Shown: positions 46,794 through 60,139 of the stretch, one piece after another
How the letters are laid out: each line of letters starts with the position of its first letter
How positions within the stretch are numbered: the stretch's first letter is position 1
Assembly: GCF_000143415.4 (NCBI RefSeq)
Contig: NW_003314279.1
Coordinates: 1,478,457 to 1,542,456 of the forward strand
Reading direction: 5' to 3'
DNA length: 64,000 nt
DNA from: Selaginella moellendorffii
Lineage: Eukaryota; Plantae; Lycopodiophyta
Program-made: the position numbers and the translations under genes
Notes under the pieces: model-generated
Seen by the model: the letters and a program-made list of their open reading frames with translations, nothing else
What the model was told of the DNA's origin: nothing
Database searches by the model: none

Positions 46794-49700
46794 GAGAAGG
46801 CTTATAATACTCTTGGGATGGGACGTTCCACTGAGAAGAAAAACAAGCCATGGAATCTCTCTGGAAGTAAAAAAAAACCATGCCACTTTATGAACGAGAT
46901 CCCACTTGCAGCCTTTAAAAATGCAAGTTTTCCAGAAGGAAAAAATTTAAAGGACCAGATCGACAAATCGCTGATGGAGTTAGCAGTGATTTTGCAATTG
47001 TCTTATGCTTTCGAACCGAAGAAAAAATGGTATAGAAGTTATTGATTGTCTCAATGTGACAAGCTCTGGCGTGACTTAACAAGGTTACATGCAGTGCTCA
47101 TGGTGATCTTGCGATCACACGAAGACAAGGGAACAAAAGAAACGAAAAGAATCCATCCAAGCCAGTACTACACGAGCGAGTGTGAGTGAGTGAGAGCGAG
47201 AGAAAGAAAGAGATGTCCCTTGCTTGCTGTCAATCCAATGCCTTGACCGATCCAAGGAGCGAGAAAATCTAGTTAAAACACCTTGTGTCACTCGTGAAGC
47301 CTACCGGATTGACAATGATGATTCGTTCCATCTCGCAAACCGGAGAGATTTGGGCGATCGAGAAATCAACACAATCGCTTGAAAATGCGCGAGGAGATGG
47401 ATCCATAGATGCGAAAGAAAGCGATCAGGTGGATCAAACCATTGTTTAAGCGCCAAACTCCGCCAAGGCGACCCTACCCCATGTGTGTTCTTGGAATTCT
47501 TCTACCAGCTAAACTATAGTATATTCGTCGCATTATTATAACTAAACCATCCCTGGGGTGGTACCACGTGGCGTACAGCATAGCAGGCCGTGGGGGGAGC
47601 TGCCACGCGTCAGGGCTGCAGGGGCCCACTTGTCCCATCGGGGGACCCTTAGATTCGGCGGATTCATTGCACTTGAAATCGTGCGGCGGGCGCGGGCACA
47701 GGCCGACGTCAGCATTCTTCCTCCTCTCGCGGTTTTTGATTTTAGGGTTTCTTCGAGTGCTCAAAGCTTTTGTCATAGCGTAATGATTGACGCAAGGGAG
47801 TGAGCCCTGTTCTAGAAGATCTCTAGACCCTATAAGCTGGATCTTGAAAGGCGTTCCGGCCATTTCCATACACGCATACGACGACAAAGGGACCAAATCG
47901 AATTTATCCAACCATAGGGTGGAAGGATTGGAAGAAGAAGACGGCAACAGGGATGTTTGGATTGGATCTTCTTTTCTTCGCGACACGAGAGGTCCACACG
48001 GAATGTGGGTGCGCCATGATCGGCCACCACCCACGATCCAACGCCCAGAGACCGCGACACGTGGACGCCCACATCTCGCCAGCTTTGGACTCGCATGGTT
48101 TTGGCCTCGACTTCCACCGACGATCATTCCTCCTGCTGGGAATCATACCAAAAAAAAAATGAGAGAGCTTTGAGGATTCCAAGACCGCAAATTCGCTTGT
48201 TTATGATCTATGGCAGTGTGTTGTTTGTTCTTCTTGTTGACACAAAGGAGAGATTCACTGCGCTGTGCTCCTCCTCTCGATCGATCCCTAAGTTTGTCAT
48301 CTACCTCAACCTGGAAAACTACAAATTCCGGGAGCTTCCCTTGTCCCAATGCCGCGGGGATAAATTCGGTGCTTGGCTGGTTGGTTGGCGAGGATTGTAA
48401 TCTCTGTGCTCTGTTACAACATCACACTGAAAATATTGTCTATGAAATGAGTAAACCCAGAGAATCTTACCCTTGACCCAGCCATTCCACACCAGACGCG
48501 TGCTCTTTTACCACGGGGGAGGAAAAGTCAAAACCCGTCAGTGAGCGTCACGGGGACGTCACTTCACGTGCGAGCTCCAATCTTTGGAAATTTTAGCTGC
48601 TTGATCGCTCACAAAGTTAAGGTGCCCGAGTCCCAAACAAAAGCCTCGCATTCGCGTTATAATAAGCGAAGATCCCCAACATTAAATCGTTGTGTGGGTT
48701 TTAGGGTTCTTGCTTGGCAGGTGGTCAAGACAAAGCATTGGAAGGAAGAAACACTGTCCCTGTCATGCAACTAGAATATTAAGGCAATGTGACAAGGAAG
48801 AAAAATAATAGAGGGGCCTTATGTAATATCTGCCACGGGACCAGCCAGTTGTTGTTGTTGACAAAAAATATAAGCGTAGTTTTCCTTTCCAAGGTTTGAA
48901 ATATTTTGGCATTGTCTCTCGCTAACTTGGAGCTTGGGCATTGTTAAAATTTTTCCAGATCAATCACGGGCTAGTGGGTGCCGCTGATGCCCGCGCACAC
49001 AAAGTCCTTTTGTCCTAAATTTGCCCGGTCGCAAAAGCAACGACACAATCTAAGTCACTCTGGCCTGGGCTCTCGAGACTTTCAAAGGAGCTTGACCACC
49101 CCTCTCAAGCTCAAAGCTTAATCTATGCGTTTGTGTTTTTCCTTGTGCTTGGATGGTGTGATCCAGATGTAAGATCACAGCTTAGGGAATGGCGTGACAA
49201 GCTATCTCTCTTTCTCTCGCGCGCAAATGCCTTGTACAGGGAATCGCATCCGTTATAACGTAGTTTACTGCCTCAAATATTCCAATGGATGATAGGTACT
49301 CGAAGACACGGAATCCCTGCTTTGCTTTTCCACCACTGTTTGGATTGTCATTCCAAAAGGCGGGAGCACAATATATTCCTGCAATTTCCAGCATATATAA
49401 GGGATGCTGATACTACTCATCTCCACCCATCATTCCTCCTGGCTTTGCAACTTTGGTTCCAAACAGCTTGCTTGCTAACTTAGTTTATACACACAGCATT
49501 GTTTGTAGCTGCCGCATTTTCTAAGGCTCTAAACTCCACGCGAGAGCTTTTGCTTCCTTGATCCTTGACAAAACCACGCGTCTCTCTAACTTAATCCAAA
49601 AGCCCAAGCGAGAGAGGCGGCCCACCATCGCCAAGCTCATACATCCCCGCCCTCACAAAGCCCCCAAAGTTGACAAATTGCGCTGCGAAACCATCTGGAT

Positions 49701-50325
49701 GCACTGGAGACCTCAGCTTCACGTCAGGCATCAAGCGCCGAGGCAAGTTGCTTGCGTTGCTTGCGACTTCCCCTCCCGTATTATCTGTTATTATTAAAAC
49801 CCTCTCCTCATAGAAATGCCGCTGCCACCCTGCCCGTGATGTCACTCACACACTCTTGCATTCACTAGTTTTAGGCAAGGAGAAAAGAAAACCTAGCACC
49901 CAAATCCACAATCCTTTCCTCCAGGACCTCCAGGACGCTAATCTAGTTATAAGCTACGTAAAAACATCTCCTCCTCCTCTCTCTCTCTCTCTCTCGCTCA
50001 GAGGCGCCATAGCATGGCAGTAGCAGTAAGTGTGTGCAGGTCGTACGCACGGGGCGAGAGAGTGAAGCGAATTGCGTCACCCGGTACGGGCAATGGGCCG
50101 GTTTCGTTATCATTGCTCTCTAATGGGTGCGTAGTAGCATACATATATATAAATATAGGGAAGGGGAGGTCTCCTGTGACGCAAGAGCAAATCTAAGGCC
50201 AGATTTTGGAGATTTGGTCCTTTTGTGCAATGGAGCAGCAGCGGCAGTGGAGCAGTGTCCAGCAGTGGAGCTGCAGCAGTGACACTGATCGATCAGTCGA
50301 GAGCACAGTGCTACTGGAGAACTGA

Positions 50326-50352
50326 AGAGAGAGAGAGGAGAGAGAGAGAGAG
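50326..50352. repeat. Interrupted (GA)n microsatellite
   Basis: Directly visible. Confidence 0.85.
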
Positions 50353-53224
50353 ATAAGAGGTGAGTGTGTGTGTGGTTTCTTTCTCTTGCTCGAGGGCGAC
50401 CACTGCTGTGAGAGCCCTGCTGCGCAAGCGAATGCGAATGGCTGGGTCTTCCTGTGAGTGAGTGGACGGGCTGACTATAAAGTACTGTGGTGAAAGCTCT
50501 TTGCTCGCTCTCTCTCCCCGTTCCTTTCGGTTTGCATCGGTGTCTGGTCCTTTCGATTTCAACCCATCCAGGAGGATCAAATTGTCCACAATTGGGTGTT
50601 GTCTCTGGATTTAGTTTAGCTCTTGGCTAATTGCAAGCAAGCAAGCGATGTACTGCCATTTAAACACCCACATTTGTGGTGATGGGTGATTTTGTGATTG
50701 TCTTTGCATACGGCACTTGCAAGTACGCAAAACTTTTGATGGCGATTTTGGATGTTACTATATGGCGTGGCGCGAACCTAAGTGTCAACTTTGTAGGGCA
50801 CTTTGGCCGGTCAAACAGCGCTGCTAATAGTATACAAAGCATATACTATTCATGCATGTCCACATTAAATCAAATAACTCGTGGTAGGGGTCACATGTCG
50901 TGATGATTCCACCTTATAGTAACACCGCGGCGTGCCATATTCGCCCAGATTATTCCTCCTGCCGCCTTGACCCTTGACAAATCAAGGGCTTGTAGCAGCG
51001 CTTCTTGCGCTTGAAGCCATCCATGGAACGAGAGACCTTTTGTTTACACTCTCTTTCCTGCCCGTGAGTCTGTGTGTTTGTGTCAAATCTTTCTTTTGTA
51101 CTCCAACAGGCCACAGCGAATTGTTTTATATGCCAAGCCTCCATAGATTTCTTCCCTCCCTCCATGCCAGAAGACCAAACAAAGAAAAACTTACTTGACC
51201 CCGTCAAATCAAATCACCACCACCACCACCTCCACCACCACCCAGATTTTACCGTGTTGTCTTGTTAGGCAGCCGTGGAATCCAATCTCCTCCAAGACTC
51301 TCTATAGTGTGGACGAGACGCAACCGCCATAGACAATAGTACATGCTGCCCAAATGCACATGGATTGTGCAAAGGTTTAAAAAAATCAATCGACGTCGTG
51401 GCATTAAGGTTTGGAAAATCCAGGATCCACGGACGCTCCGCCGGACGCGTGGCGCGCATCCGGGGCGTCGAAAGGCGGCGGCCACAGGCCGTTGGATGCA
51501 CCGGCGGGCGTCGCCGCCGGGTGGGTCTTGTCGGCATTTATGGTACGGTCGGCCAGTAGATTTTCTCAATCACCGAGGGCAGGGTGGCGGGCTTGTTTTT
51601 TCTTTTACCCAACGCTGGCTGGTGGTCTGGGCTCTTGGCTTGGAACCGTTTGGAGGGTGAAAGAAAAAGTAAAAGTGAATGCCCCGCTGCGAGTCAAAGT
51701 ACGAGTACGGAACAACAATCACGGCGTGCAGCAGGCGGGGGTGACGCCAGCCTCGGTACACTCATTAAGTAAAAGCATAGGGATATAAAAAAAAATGACG
51801 TTGTTTTCTCCTTTATTTTGCTTTGAGCAGGGGATTTCTTTTTTACCCTTTTGTATTTGCCAGCAGGTAAAAAGTATTAATGCAAAATCGGGCCCGGATC
51901 CAGTGGACGGGAGTGGCGGTCTTTTCGAGCGTGACGGCCCCTGGAGGGTTGACACGTCATGCTTGATTGAACAGGGTTGCCAATTCAGGAAAGGTGGCAA
52001 CGGGGTCGGCCCTCCGTCGCGATGGAACGGCGCGAAACGTTGCCTAAAAAGGAAACACGCACGCACTACGAGAGGGGTATGTTTGGGTATATGGGTGTGT
52101 GAGAGACATGGAAGACGAGCAAAGCAAATATCGGACTGTCAGGGAAGGGGGCGGTATCTCTTTTGCTTGGGCGAATGCCGCAAAAGGGGACGAGTGTTTG
52201 CTTTTGGAAATTGCTTTCTTGGACCATCATCCACTAGCCCGCGTCTCCTTTGAATTCAATCGCTATGAGGGGGTTAGGGCTTGGGTTTAGGGTTTATAGG
52301 GTGGTTTTTGTTAGCGTGCTAATACGCCAGCCCACATGTCGCTCTGTCTGCTGCCTGTCGTGCATTCTCTGTCTGCCTGTCGTCTCGGGGCCGGGGAAGC
52401 ACCGTGACAGTGACCTCGTATTTTATGACATGTGCATGGGGTGTGCAATGGCTTTCTTGACCGGCGACCGGGGTTAGCGGGCGCTTGAGCAGCTGTTAAG
52501 CTAAAGGGGGCTCACGGCCACGTTAAAGGTGTGTTAGTTAAGCCCGGGATATTTAGCAAACACAGCAGTGACAAAGATGTTAAAAACAAGCGAACAAGAT
52601 GACAACAAGGCGAGTTTGTTAGATCCATCTGTCAATGTAGTAGATCACGAATGATTATATTTGAGAGGATCAAAGAAAACTCGGGAGAAGAAAGAGGCAC
52701 TGAGATTTAGATCTTCTTCTTCTGCTTCTTTCTCTCTTGGTCTTGAGCTGGAGCTTGAGCTCGAGCTCGCTAAGGTTTTCTATCAATCCCCAACATTGGA
52801 GCAATGGAACTTGGGGCGCGATTAAAAATGTCGCGCATGGATCGATGCAAAGGGGGCCAAGGTGTGGGAGAAAAAGAGGGAGATAAAAAGGGCCGGGGTC
52901 CGTATGGGGCTCGAGAGAGCGTAGCCGTGTGACCGGACCAAAGACATCGTCCTGGGAGAGCGATATATATACCTCGCTGTGTTGTTTTGTGTGAGAGATA
53001 GATAGTGTGTGTGGATTTGTGTGTTCAAGGCTCAATGTTGCTTCGCTCCTGGGCTCGCAACAGTGGCGTCTCCTTCTTCCCGGCCAGGAGAGGCGAGAGC
53101 TTTTAGAGACCAAGATCTCACCAAGATCAAAGTAAGTGACCTATTAAGGATCTCGCTCTCTCATCGTTTTCTCAATCATCCCTTCCCTTCTCCTCTTAAA
53201 CCGCGAAGGGTTCACGTAAATAAG

Positions 53225-53227
<3 letters not shown>

Positions 53228-53258
<31 letters not shown>
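53228..53258. repeat. (GA)n microsatellite
   Basis: Directly visible perfect dinucleotide run. Confidence 0.9.
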
Positions 53259-53263
<5 letters not shown>

Positions 53264-54073
53264 GGAGGAGAAGAGCTCTCTCTTTCTTTTGGGGAAAGCT
53301 GAAAGGATCTCATAGAACTCTGTGTTTGTGGGCGGCGGCGCTCGGTGGAAAGCGCTTCGTGGTTGGCTGGTCTTTCAGTGTTCTCTTTCTCGTCGTTGCG
53401 CGAGCGTGAGCGCTGAGCTCCGAGTAATGAGACGAGGGAGTGAGTGAGTGAGTGCGCGCTGTACTTAGCTGTCACTGCTGCCAAAAGAAATCCCATCGCT
53501 CCCGTCTTCCTCTTCCTTCGTTCCTCACCTCATCTCGCTCGTCCGGAGAGTACTCTCTCGCCATTCGACTTGTTTGTGGTCTTGTGTTGTTTTGCTTCCC
53601 CATGTACATGTCTTGTTCCTGCTGCCTCTTCGCCTTTGGGTCTCGTAACATTCTTCTCAAAATCTAGCGCGCGAGATTGCGAGAGAGAGTTGGCTTCTGA
53701 GCACTCTCTGAAAAGCTCCTCTCTACTAGTTTAGCTATGGTCTAGGCTGCTCGAAATCTTTCCTCTAGTTTTCTTCGTGGTTTTTTCTTGGGTTTTAGGA
53801 AGAGATCCAAATCCAAATCCCAAGCTTGTCTCTTGTTTTCGTGTTGATCCAACATCAATGATGAGCACACCGGTACCAGTGCGTTGCTTCTCTCAAATGC
53901 GAGCACGCGAAGATCAGGGAGCCGTCTAGACAACAAAGAGCACCTGTAACAGCAGTGCTACTGGAAGATATGATCGGCGGCGGGCGATAGTTAATGGGCT
54001 CCGAGACCTCTCTTTCCTGGTGATCATCTAGGACTCTTCTCTCTTTTGGGCGAGAAAGAGAGAAAGAAGAGCG

Positions 54074-57000
54074 ATGAGGTCTTCTGCTAGTAACAGTAAT
54101 TGGCTCGGCTTCTCTCTCTCGCCACATCTCCCTTCTTTCGAGCAGCAGCAAGCTCCCTCGTCCATCGGCGACGCCAAGCTCGGCGGTGGCGGTGATCACC
54201 TCCAGGGCAGCAGCGCCGCCGCCGCGGACTACCAGCAGCAGCAGCAGCAGCAGCTGGGCAGCAGTGATCAGTCGCCTCATCACCACCACCATCACGAGCT
54301 CCAGATGCAGCAGCCGCAGCTCGCCACGGACGGCTCGCTTTGCATCATGGAAGCGTTCGAGCAGCGGAGATCCAGTAGCGATCAAGGTTTGTTTGTTTTT
54401 TCTTGGCTCACTCTTCGTCTTCCTCCTGGCAAAGCTTCTTCGCGGTCAAGCCTGGCATCTGCATTGCCACTGCCTCTCTTTTCTTTTCCTTTTTCCCTTC
54501 TTTGTTTGCGTCTGGCAGTAGAATTATTACAACTTATTGTTCTTCGTCCTCCTCGAGTTTCCATCCTCCATGGCTTCTCACCCGGTGTTCTTCGCAGATC
54601 AATGGCACAAATATGCAGGAATGAGCGCGAGCATGCATCCCCAAGTCTACGACTACTCGCGGCTGGGCTTGGAGCCAGCGCAAGCGCAGCAGCAGCAGCA
54701 CCACCAGCAACAGCAGCAAATCCACCACCACTACGAGAATCTCCTCCGCCCAAAGCCCGAGCACGAAGCTCCCAAGCTGGCGGACTTCCTGGGCGGTGGC
54801 TCGTCCCTGGGTGGCGGCGGCGGCCAGTACTCGAGCCGAGACTCCTCCAACACCAGCCCGGGAGTAGCGAATCTCTTCTACGGTGGTGGTGGCGGCGGAG
54901 GCGGCCACCAGCAGCAGCAGCACCACCACCAGATTGGCCACCACCATTCCGGAGCTCCCTTCTCAGCGACGCCGCGGCACCAACACGATCACGCCGCGGA
55001 GATCAATGTCAATCTCCCGTATTACAACCTCTACGGTGGTGGCCTCGCGGAGGCCACCGGCGAGGGGGGATTCGATCACCACTCGCACCAATCGCGGCAC
55101 AGCGAATTCGAGCAGCACAGCCAGCAGCAGGCGGACGACAATCTCTGCTCCACGATCTCGTCGCTTCATTCCCACTCTAGCCAGCTCGTCGCGGGGCAGG
55201 AGATGGATCACCACGGCCACGCGCAGCACCACCACAGCCACCAGGAGGCCAGCAGCAGCCTCTTCTCGGACTGCAGCCTGCAGCTCCCCCATAGCTCGAG
55301 CAACGCTAGCAATGGCGGGAATATGCTGGGGATATCCGCGCTCAAGACTTGGCTCCGCCAGCACCAGCAAGGATCCTCTCCTCCCGGCGGCGATCATCAG
55401 CTCGCAACCAAGGCCGCCATCGCCCCCGCCATCGCCGCCAATCCGGGCACCGCCAAGAGCACCGCCACCGGAGGCGCCACCGGAGAGTTTAGCGCGCTTG
55501 CGAATTTGCAGTCCTTGACGCTGTCCATGAGCCCCGGCTCGCAGTCCAGCACCGCCGCCGCCGCTCCATCGCAGATCGCGGCTGCCGATCATCACAGTCC
55601 TTGCAACGCTGCTGGAGCGAATCTCTGCTGCTCCACTACCTCCGCGCTCGTCACTAGTGCGGCCGCCGCCACTGCTGCCGCTGTCACTCCCAGCGATCCG
55701 GTTTCCAGCGACCAGCCGCCCAAGAAGAGGCCCAAGGCCGGTGGCAAGGAGCCGTCTCCCAGGAAATCCATCGACACCTTCGGACAGAGAACGTCAATCT
55801 ATCGAGGCGTTACAAGGTACGTGATCGACAACTTTTGATCGATATATAGAGGAACCATAGCTAGTCTAATCACGGGTTTGATGGAGCAGGCATCGCTGGA
55901 CTGGACGTTACGAGGCACATCTGTGGGACAATAGTTGTCGAAAGGAGGGCCAGACCAGGAAAGGGAGGCAAGGTATGTTCATTGTTGATCATTCGATACA
56001 AAGTTCCGCGAGCTGACCGCTCTCTCTTTTGCTTTTTTGCTTTTCCGTATTCGTGGTGGTGGACGCAACTTCGTTGGATCGATCAATGCGCAGTTTACCT
56101 GGGTGAGTGTCACTCTTTGTTGTTCGTGCTTGAAGTTTTTTTTCGTTCCTCATTTAATGTTTCTTGCCGGGAATGAATGCGCAGGGGGTTATGACAAAGA
56201 AGAGAAAGCAGCGCGAGCGTATGATCTGGCGGCGCTCAAGTATTGGGGACCTACGACCACCATCAACTTTCCTGTAAGATTCCTTCCTCTTGTATTATTC
56301 ATGAACTCACAAGACCGTGTGTAAACTACGTTTTGGTTGGCATCAGCTAAGTGACTATGAAAAGGAGCTGGAGGAGATGAAACACATGACACGGCAGGAG
56401 TTTGTGGCTTCCCTTAGAAGGTATTTCAGTCGTTCCCCAGCTTGCCTCCAAGATTTCTTCGCTGAAAAATGTGTGCTCGCAGGAAAAGTAGTGGGTTTTC
56501 TAGAGGAGCATCGATTTACAGGGGAGTGACGAGGTAAGCGTGCCGTAAATCCTTCTCCTTTGCGATTCCTAACAAGCTTTAAATCATGCAGACACCATCA
56601 ACAAGGACGCTGGCAAGCCCGGATTGGAAGAGTAGCCGGCAACAAAGATCTTTACCTCGGAACTTTCAGTAAGTTCTCAGTTGTTTAGAGCAATGCAATG
56701 CCTCGCTCGGTCTGATCTTGTTTAAACCAACCAGGCACGCAAGAGGAAGCCGCGGAAGCATACGACATCGCCGCGATCAAGTTCCGGGGCATCAACGCGG
56801 TCACCAACTTCGACATCAGCCGCTACGACCTTAAGAAGATCTGCTCGAGCCCGAGCTTGCTCCTGGGCGAGACCGCCAAGAGGTACAAGGACAGCGACTC
56901 CGGAGTGGATCAGAGCCAGCAGCAGCAGATCATACGAACCTCGGACGAGGACGTGGTACTTGTGCGCGGCAGCAGCGCCAGTGCTAGCCAGCTCCGATCG

Positions 57001-57570
57001 AGCAGCAGCCACGGCGGCCAGCAGCTCATCCCCAAGCCGGAGCAGGACTGGCAGCTCCTCTACAATCCATCGGGAGCGCAGGAGGTGGTCCATCCCCTCA
57101 GCGGCAGCTACCACCACCACCAGCCAATCATCCAGCAGTCGCCAAGCATGCAGCATGCGGTGCTGAGGAATCTCATCGGCCTGGACGCGCTCCCCAGCGG
57201 CGACCAGGGCGGCAGCCACATCTTCTCGGGCGGCGCCGCGCTGGGCGGGCAATCCACCTCCACGAGCACGCTCATGAGCAACTCGGTCTACTCGAGCGAC
57301 AGCCCAAAGCCGTCGGTGGGCGAGAACGAGGAGCCCAATCCCGGCAAGAACCACTCGTCCAGCTCCTACGATCAGGGAGGCGCGATTGTTGGCGGTGGCG
57401 GTGGCGGGGATCTCAGCAGCCGCGGTGGCGGCTACTGGATGAGCAGCAAGCCAAGCAGCTACGACATGGGATCGATCGTGACGCCCGTGCAGCAGGCCTT
57501 GAATGGGAGGGCGCTGGCGGCGGCCGGGCATCACCACATGCCTATTTTTTCAGTCTGGACCGAGAACTAG
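54074..57570 (+). CDS. euANT-clade double-AP2 transcription factor (AINTEGUMENTA-like)
   Basis: [40 protein letters not shown] and [14 protein letters not shown]; two AP2 domains; 9-nt VYL micro-exon at 56094-56102. Confidence 0.97.
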
Positions 57571-57971
57571 CAGAGGTCTCGCGCTCCAAGCCCTAAACTT
57601 TGAATTCAAAATTTCAAATTTAAACTTTTCGCGCGAAATGGGTGTGTTATGTTAGTAAAGTTTTAGGGCTTGCTCCAGCGACACGTGCCTCGAACGTGTC
57701 ACCACCGCGATACTCCACCGCCGCGATGCTCCACCTCTCTCGACGCATCCTATGCTGCTAGGGTTCTCTTTCATCGCGACAAGAGCTCCAATCTCTCCAG
57801 CGATCGATTTTTCTCCGCGAGATTAGCGCTAGCGTTTGCGAATCATCACTCCTCTGTTTTTTCCTCTCCTTGTTCTAGCTCCCGGGAGAGAATTTTGCGG
57901 CTTCTGGGATCCACAATCCCCTCCATCCCTCCCTCCCTCCATCGGAGCAAGCGGTCAAGCGCGCGAGGATC

Positions 57972-58875
57972 ATGTCGGGCTCCACGCTAGCGGCGGGGTC
58001 GAGAATGGCCACCGAGGGCAGAGCTCACGGCGATATGAAGGAGCGCGTCCAGGAATCGGGCACGCTGGGCGGGGTCATGGGATCGCTCCGCGTCATCGAG
58101 CTCCAGCTCGTGGCCTTCATCATCGTCTTCTCGGCCAGCGGGTTAGTCCCTCTCTTGGATCTTGCATTCCCGGTTTTTGCATCCTTGTACGCGTTCTTCC
58201 TGGGATCGGTGGTGTTCCCAAACTACCACAAGCACAGGAGCGCCGCGCCCGAGGTGTTCAAGGGGAACCGCCTCTTCCAGCTCTACGTGATCTTGGGGAC
58301 GCTGATGGGCTTGTTCTTGCCGCTGGCCTATGTTCTAGGGGGATTTGCAAGGGGTGACCAGGCGTCCGTGCGAGCCGCCACCCCACACCTCTTTTTGCTC
58401 TCGGTCCAGATCCTCAGCGAGAACTTGATCAGTGGGCTTGCGCTCTTCAGCCTCCCGGTGCGAGCTCTCCTGCCGATCATCTACACTGCTCGCCGGCTCA
58501 TTGCCTTGTCTTCGTGGATTCACATCACCTTGACGATGACTATACCACCTCAACATGATTTCCGGGTATGGGAGTTCTCTATCGTTTTTTCCTTTTTTTT
58601 TTTTTTTTGCTGTTCTTGCTGTAAGAGATGGCATGACACTCTTTGCTCTTTTGCATGGAATGAATCCCCAGAAAGCTGCGTGGGTGTGGTTTGGACGGAG
58701 TTTAGCCATCGGCAACTTAATGTACTACTCCATCAATCTGCTGGGATTTTTGATCCCCCTGTTTTTGCCTAGAGCTTTCGAGCGCTACTTTCAGGACAGG
58801 GACGAGTACTACAAAGAGAAGGAGCAATCGTCCGCCACTGCTGCTACTAAGGGGCCCGAGAAGAAGGCGCAGTAG
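57972..58875 (+). CDS. Conserved plant multi-pass membrane protein of unknown function, 2 exons
   Basis: GGVMGSLRVIELQLVAFIIVFSASGLVP, GLFLPLAYVLGGFARGD, ATPHLFLLS.QIL.EN and FLIPLFLPRAFERYF; intron at about 58566-58671. Confidence 0.88.
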
Positions 58876-60139
58876 AGAGCAGAAATGGAAATAACCTTGG
58901 TCAGTGGTGCTTCTCTCCTTCGTTTTCTTTTTCCCCTCCCTCTCCCTCTCTCCCTCTCGCTCTTGTCCTCGCACATTTGTGTAAAATGTTTGATTCTGAA
59001 TAGAACACGTAGCCGCGTGTCCATGTCCCCAATTGTATGGCGTTTGGGCAACACTTGGTTGGCAACATATGTTTGCCAGTCATATTTTTTGCACAGGCAA
59101 CAGAAGACACCTTGTATTGTCTGTCTTCTTTCAGTAAACTTCTTCCTGAATTACCGAATTACCCTTGCTGAGGATCACTGTTGACCATGATATTTGATGA
59201 TATTTGACATGGGTGTGTCCAATGCTTCTAACACACAACAAAGCCAAGTTGACACACTGCTTGTTTGGATCCAAGTCAGTCGCAAAAAGGACACAAGAAA
59301 CCGACTTCACCGTTTGGAACAGCACCATTGTTTCACCAACAGCTGCTAGCCAAAGCCGAGCTACCTGCTTTCCGAGTATCAGTGTGTTGGGATGTAGACG
59401 ATAAACCGCAGGTGATTACCAACATAAAGGCTGCAGAAAGTCCAGATCCCAATCAACGAATTCCCTCCAGAAGAAAAGGCATCACGACGGTGTGCATCTG
59501 CAAAACCAGTGCGTCATTTCGTAAAGGATTTGCTTTCCTCTCTTATGATTCCACGAACTTTTGTAAAGGATCGACTGTGACTGCTTACAGGGGGCACAAA
59601 GCAATCCAGGCATGAAAGACCATGTCCAGAACATAATGTGCCAGTCATCTAATCCAGTACGAGAGCAGTCGAGAGTGACTGCCCAGAATAGTCGGTTAGA
59701 AAACCACTTGTTTAATTGCTTCTCTCATTACCTTGCATAATTGTGATCCTTTGGCAGTCTAGCTCTACTGACCCTTGTCTTTCCTATAAAAGCACAAACT
59801 TCTTGCTGATTACGTGTATAAAGTTATTATTCCTTTCTGAATTTTAAGAAATTCTTACAATACTTAGCTATACAATCTCACTTGTCATGTTGATTGTAAA
59901 TAATTATAATTATTCTTTTGAAACATGTTCAATTTTTATTTTTACTTAACAATGGAGGCCATATTTTGGGTATTTATAAACTCACATATAATATTTTATT
60001 TTAGTATTTCAAATGAAGTTATATATCCTTTTCAATGATATTTGGTATATCTATATAAGTTTTTACAATTAAATAATTTTTAAATTTACAATTATAAAGT
60101 CCAAGTGTATGGCTATGATGCTGTATACTAATATTAGCA

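Larger units (their letters stand above)
46900..54073 (+). promoter_or_regulatory. About 7 kb gene-free upstream region of the ANT-like gene
   Basis: No convincing CDS. Contains GA/CT tracts, several CACGT cores, TGTCTC at 47047, 48913, 50600 and 53827, and a CT-rich leader. Confidence 0.5.

Noticed and set aside
47474-48476. Overlapping 70-217 aa ORFs upstream of ANT
   Set aside because: No recognisable domain or splice chain; treated as non-coding.
59131-59700. Minus-strand frame with LWLAAVGETM, resembling a LINE C-terminal remnant
   Set aside because: Interrupted by stops and too short to assign.
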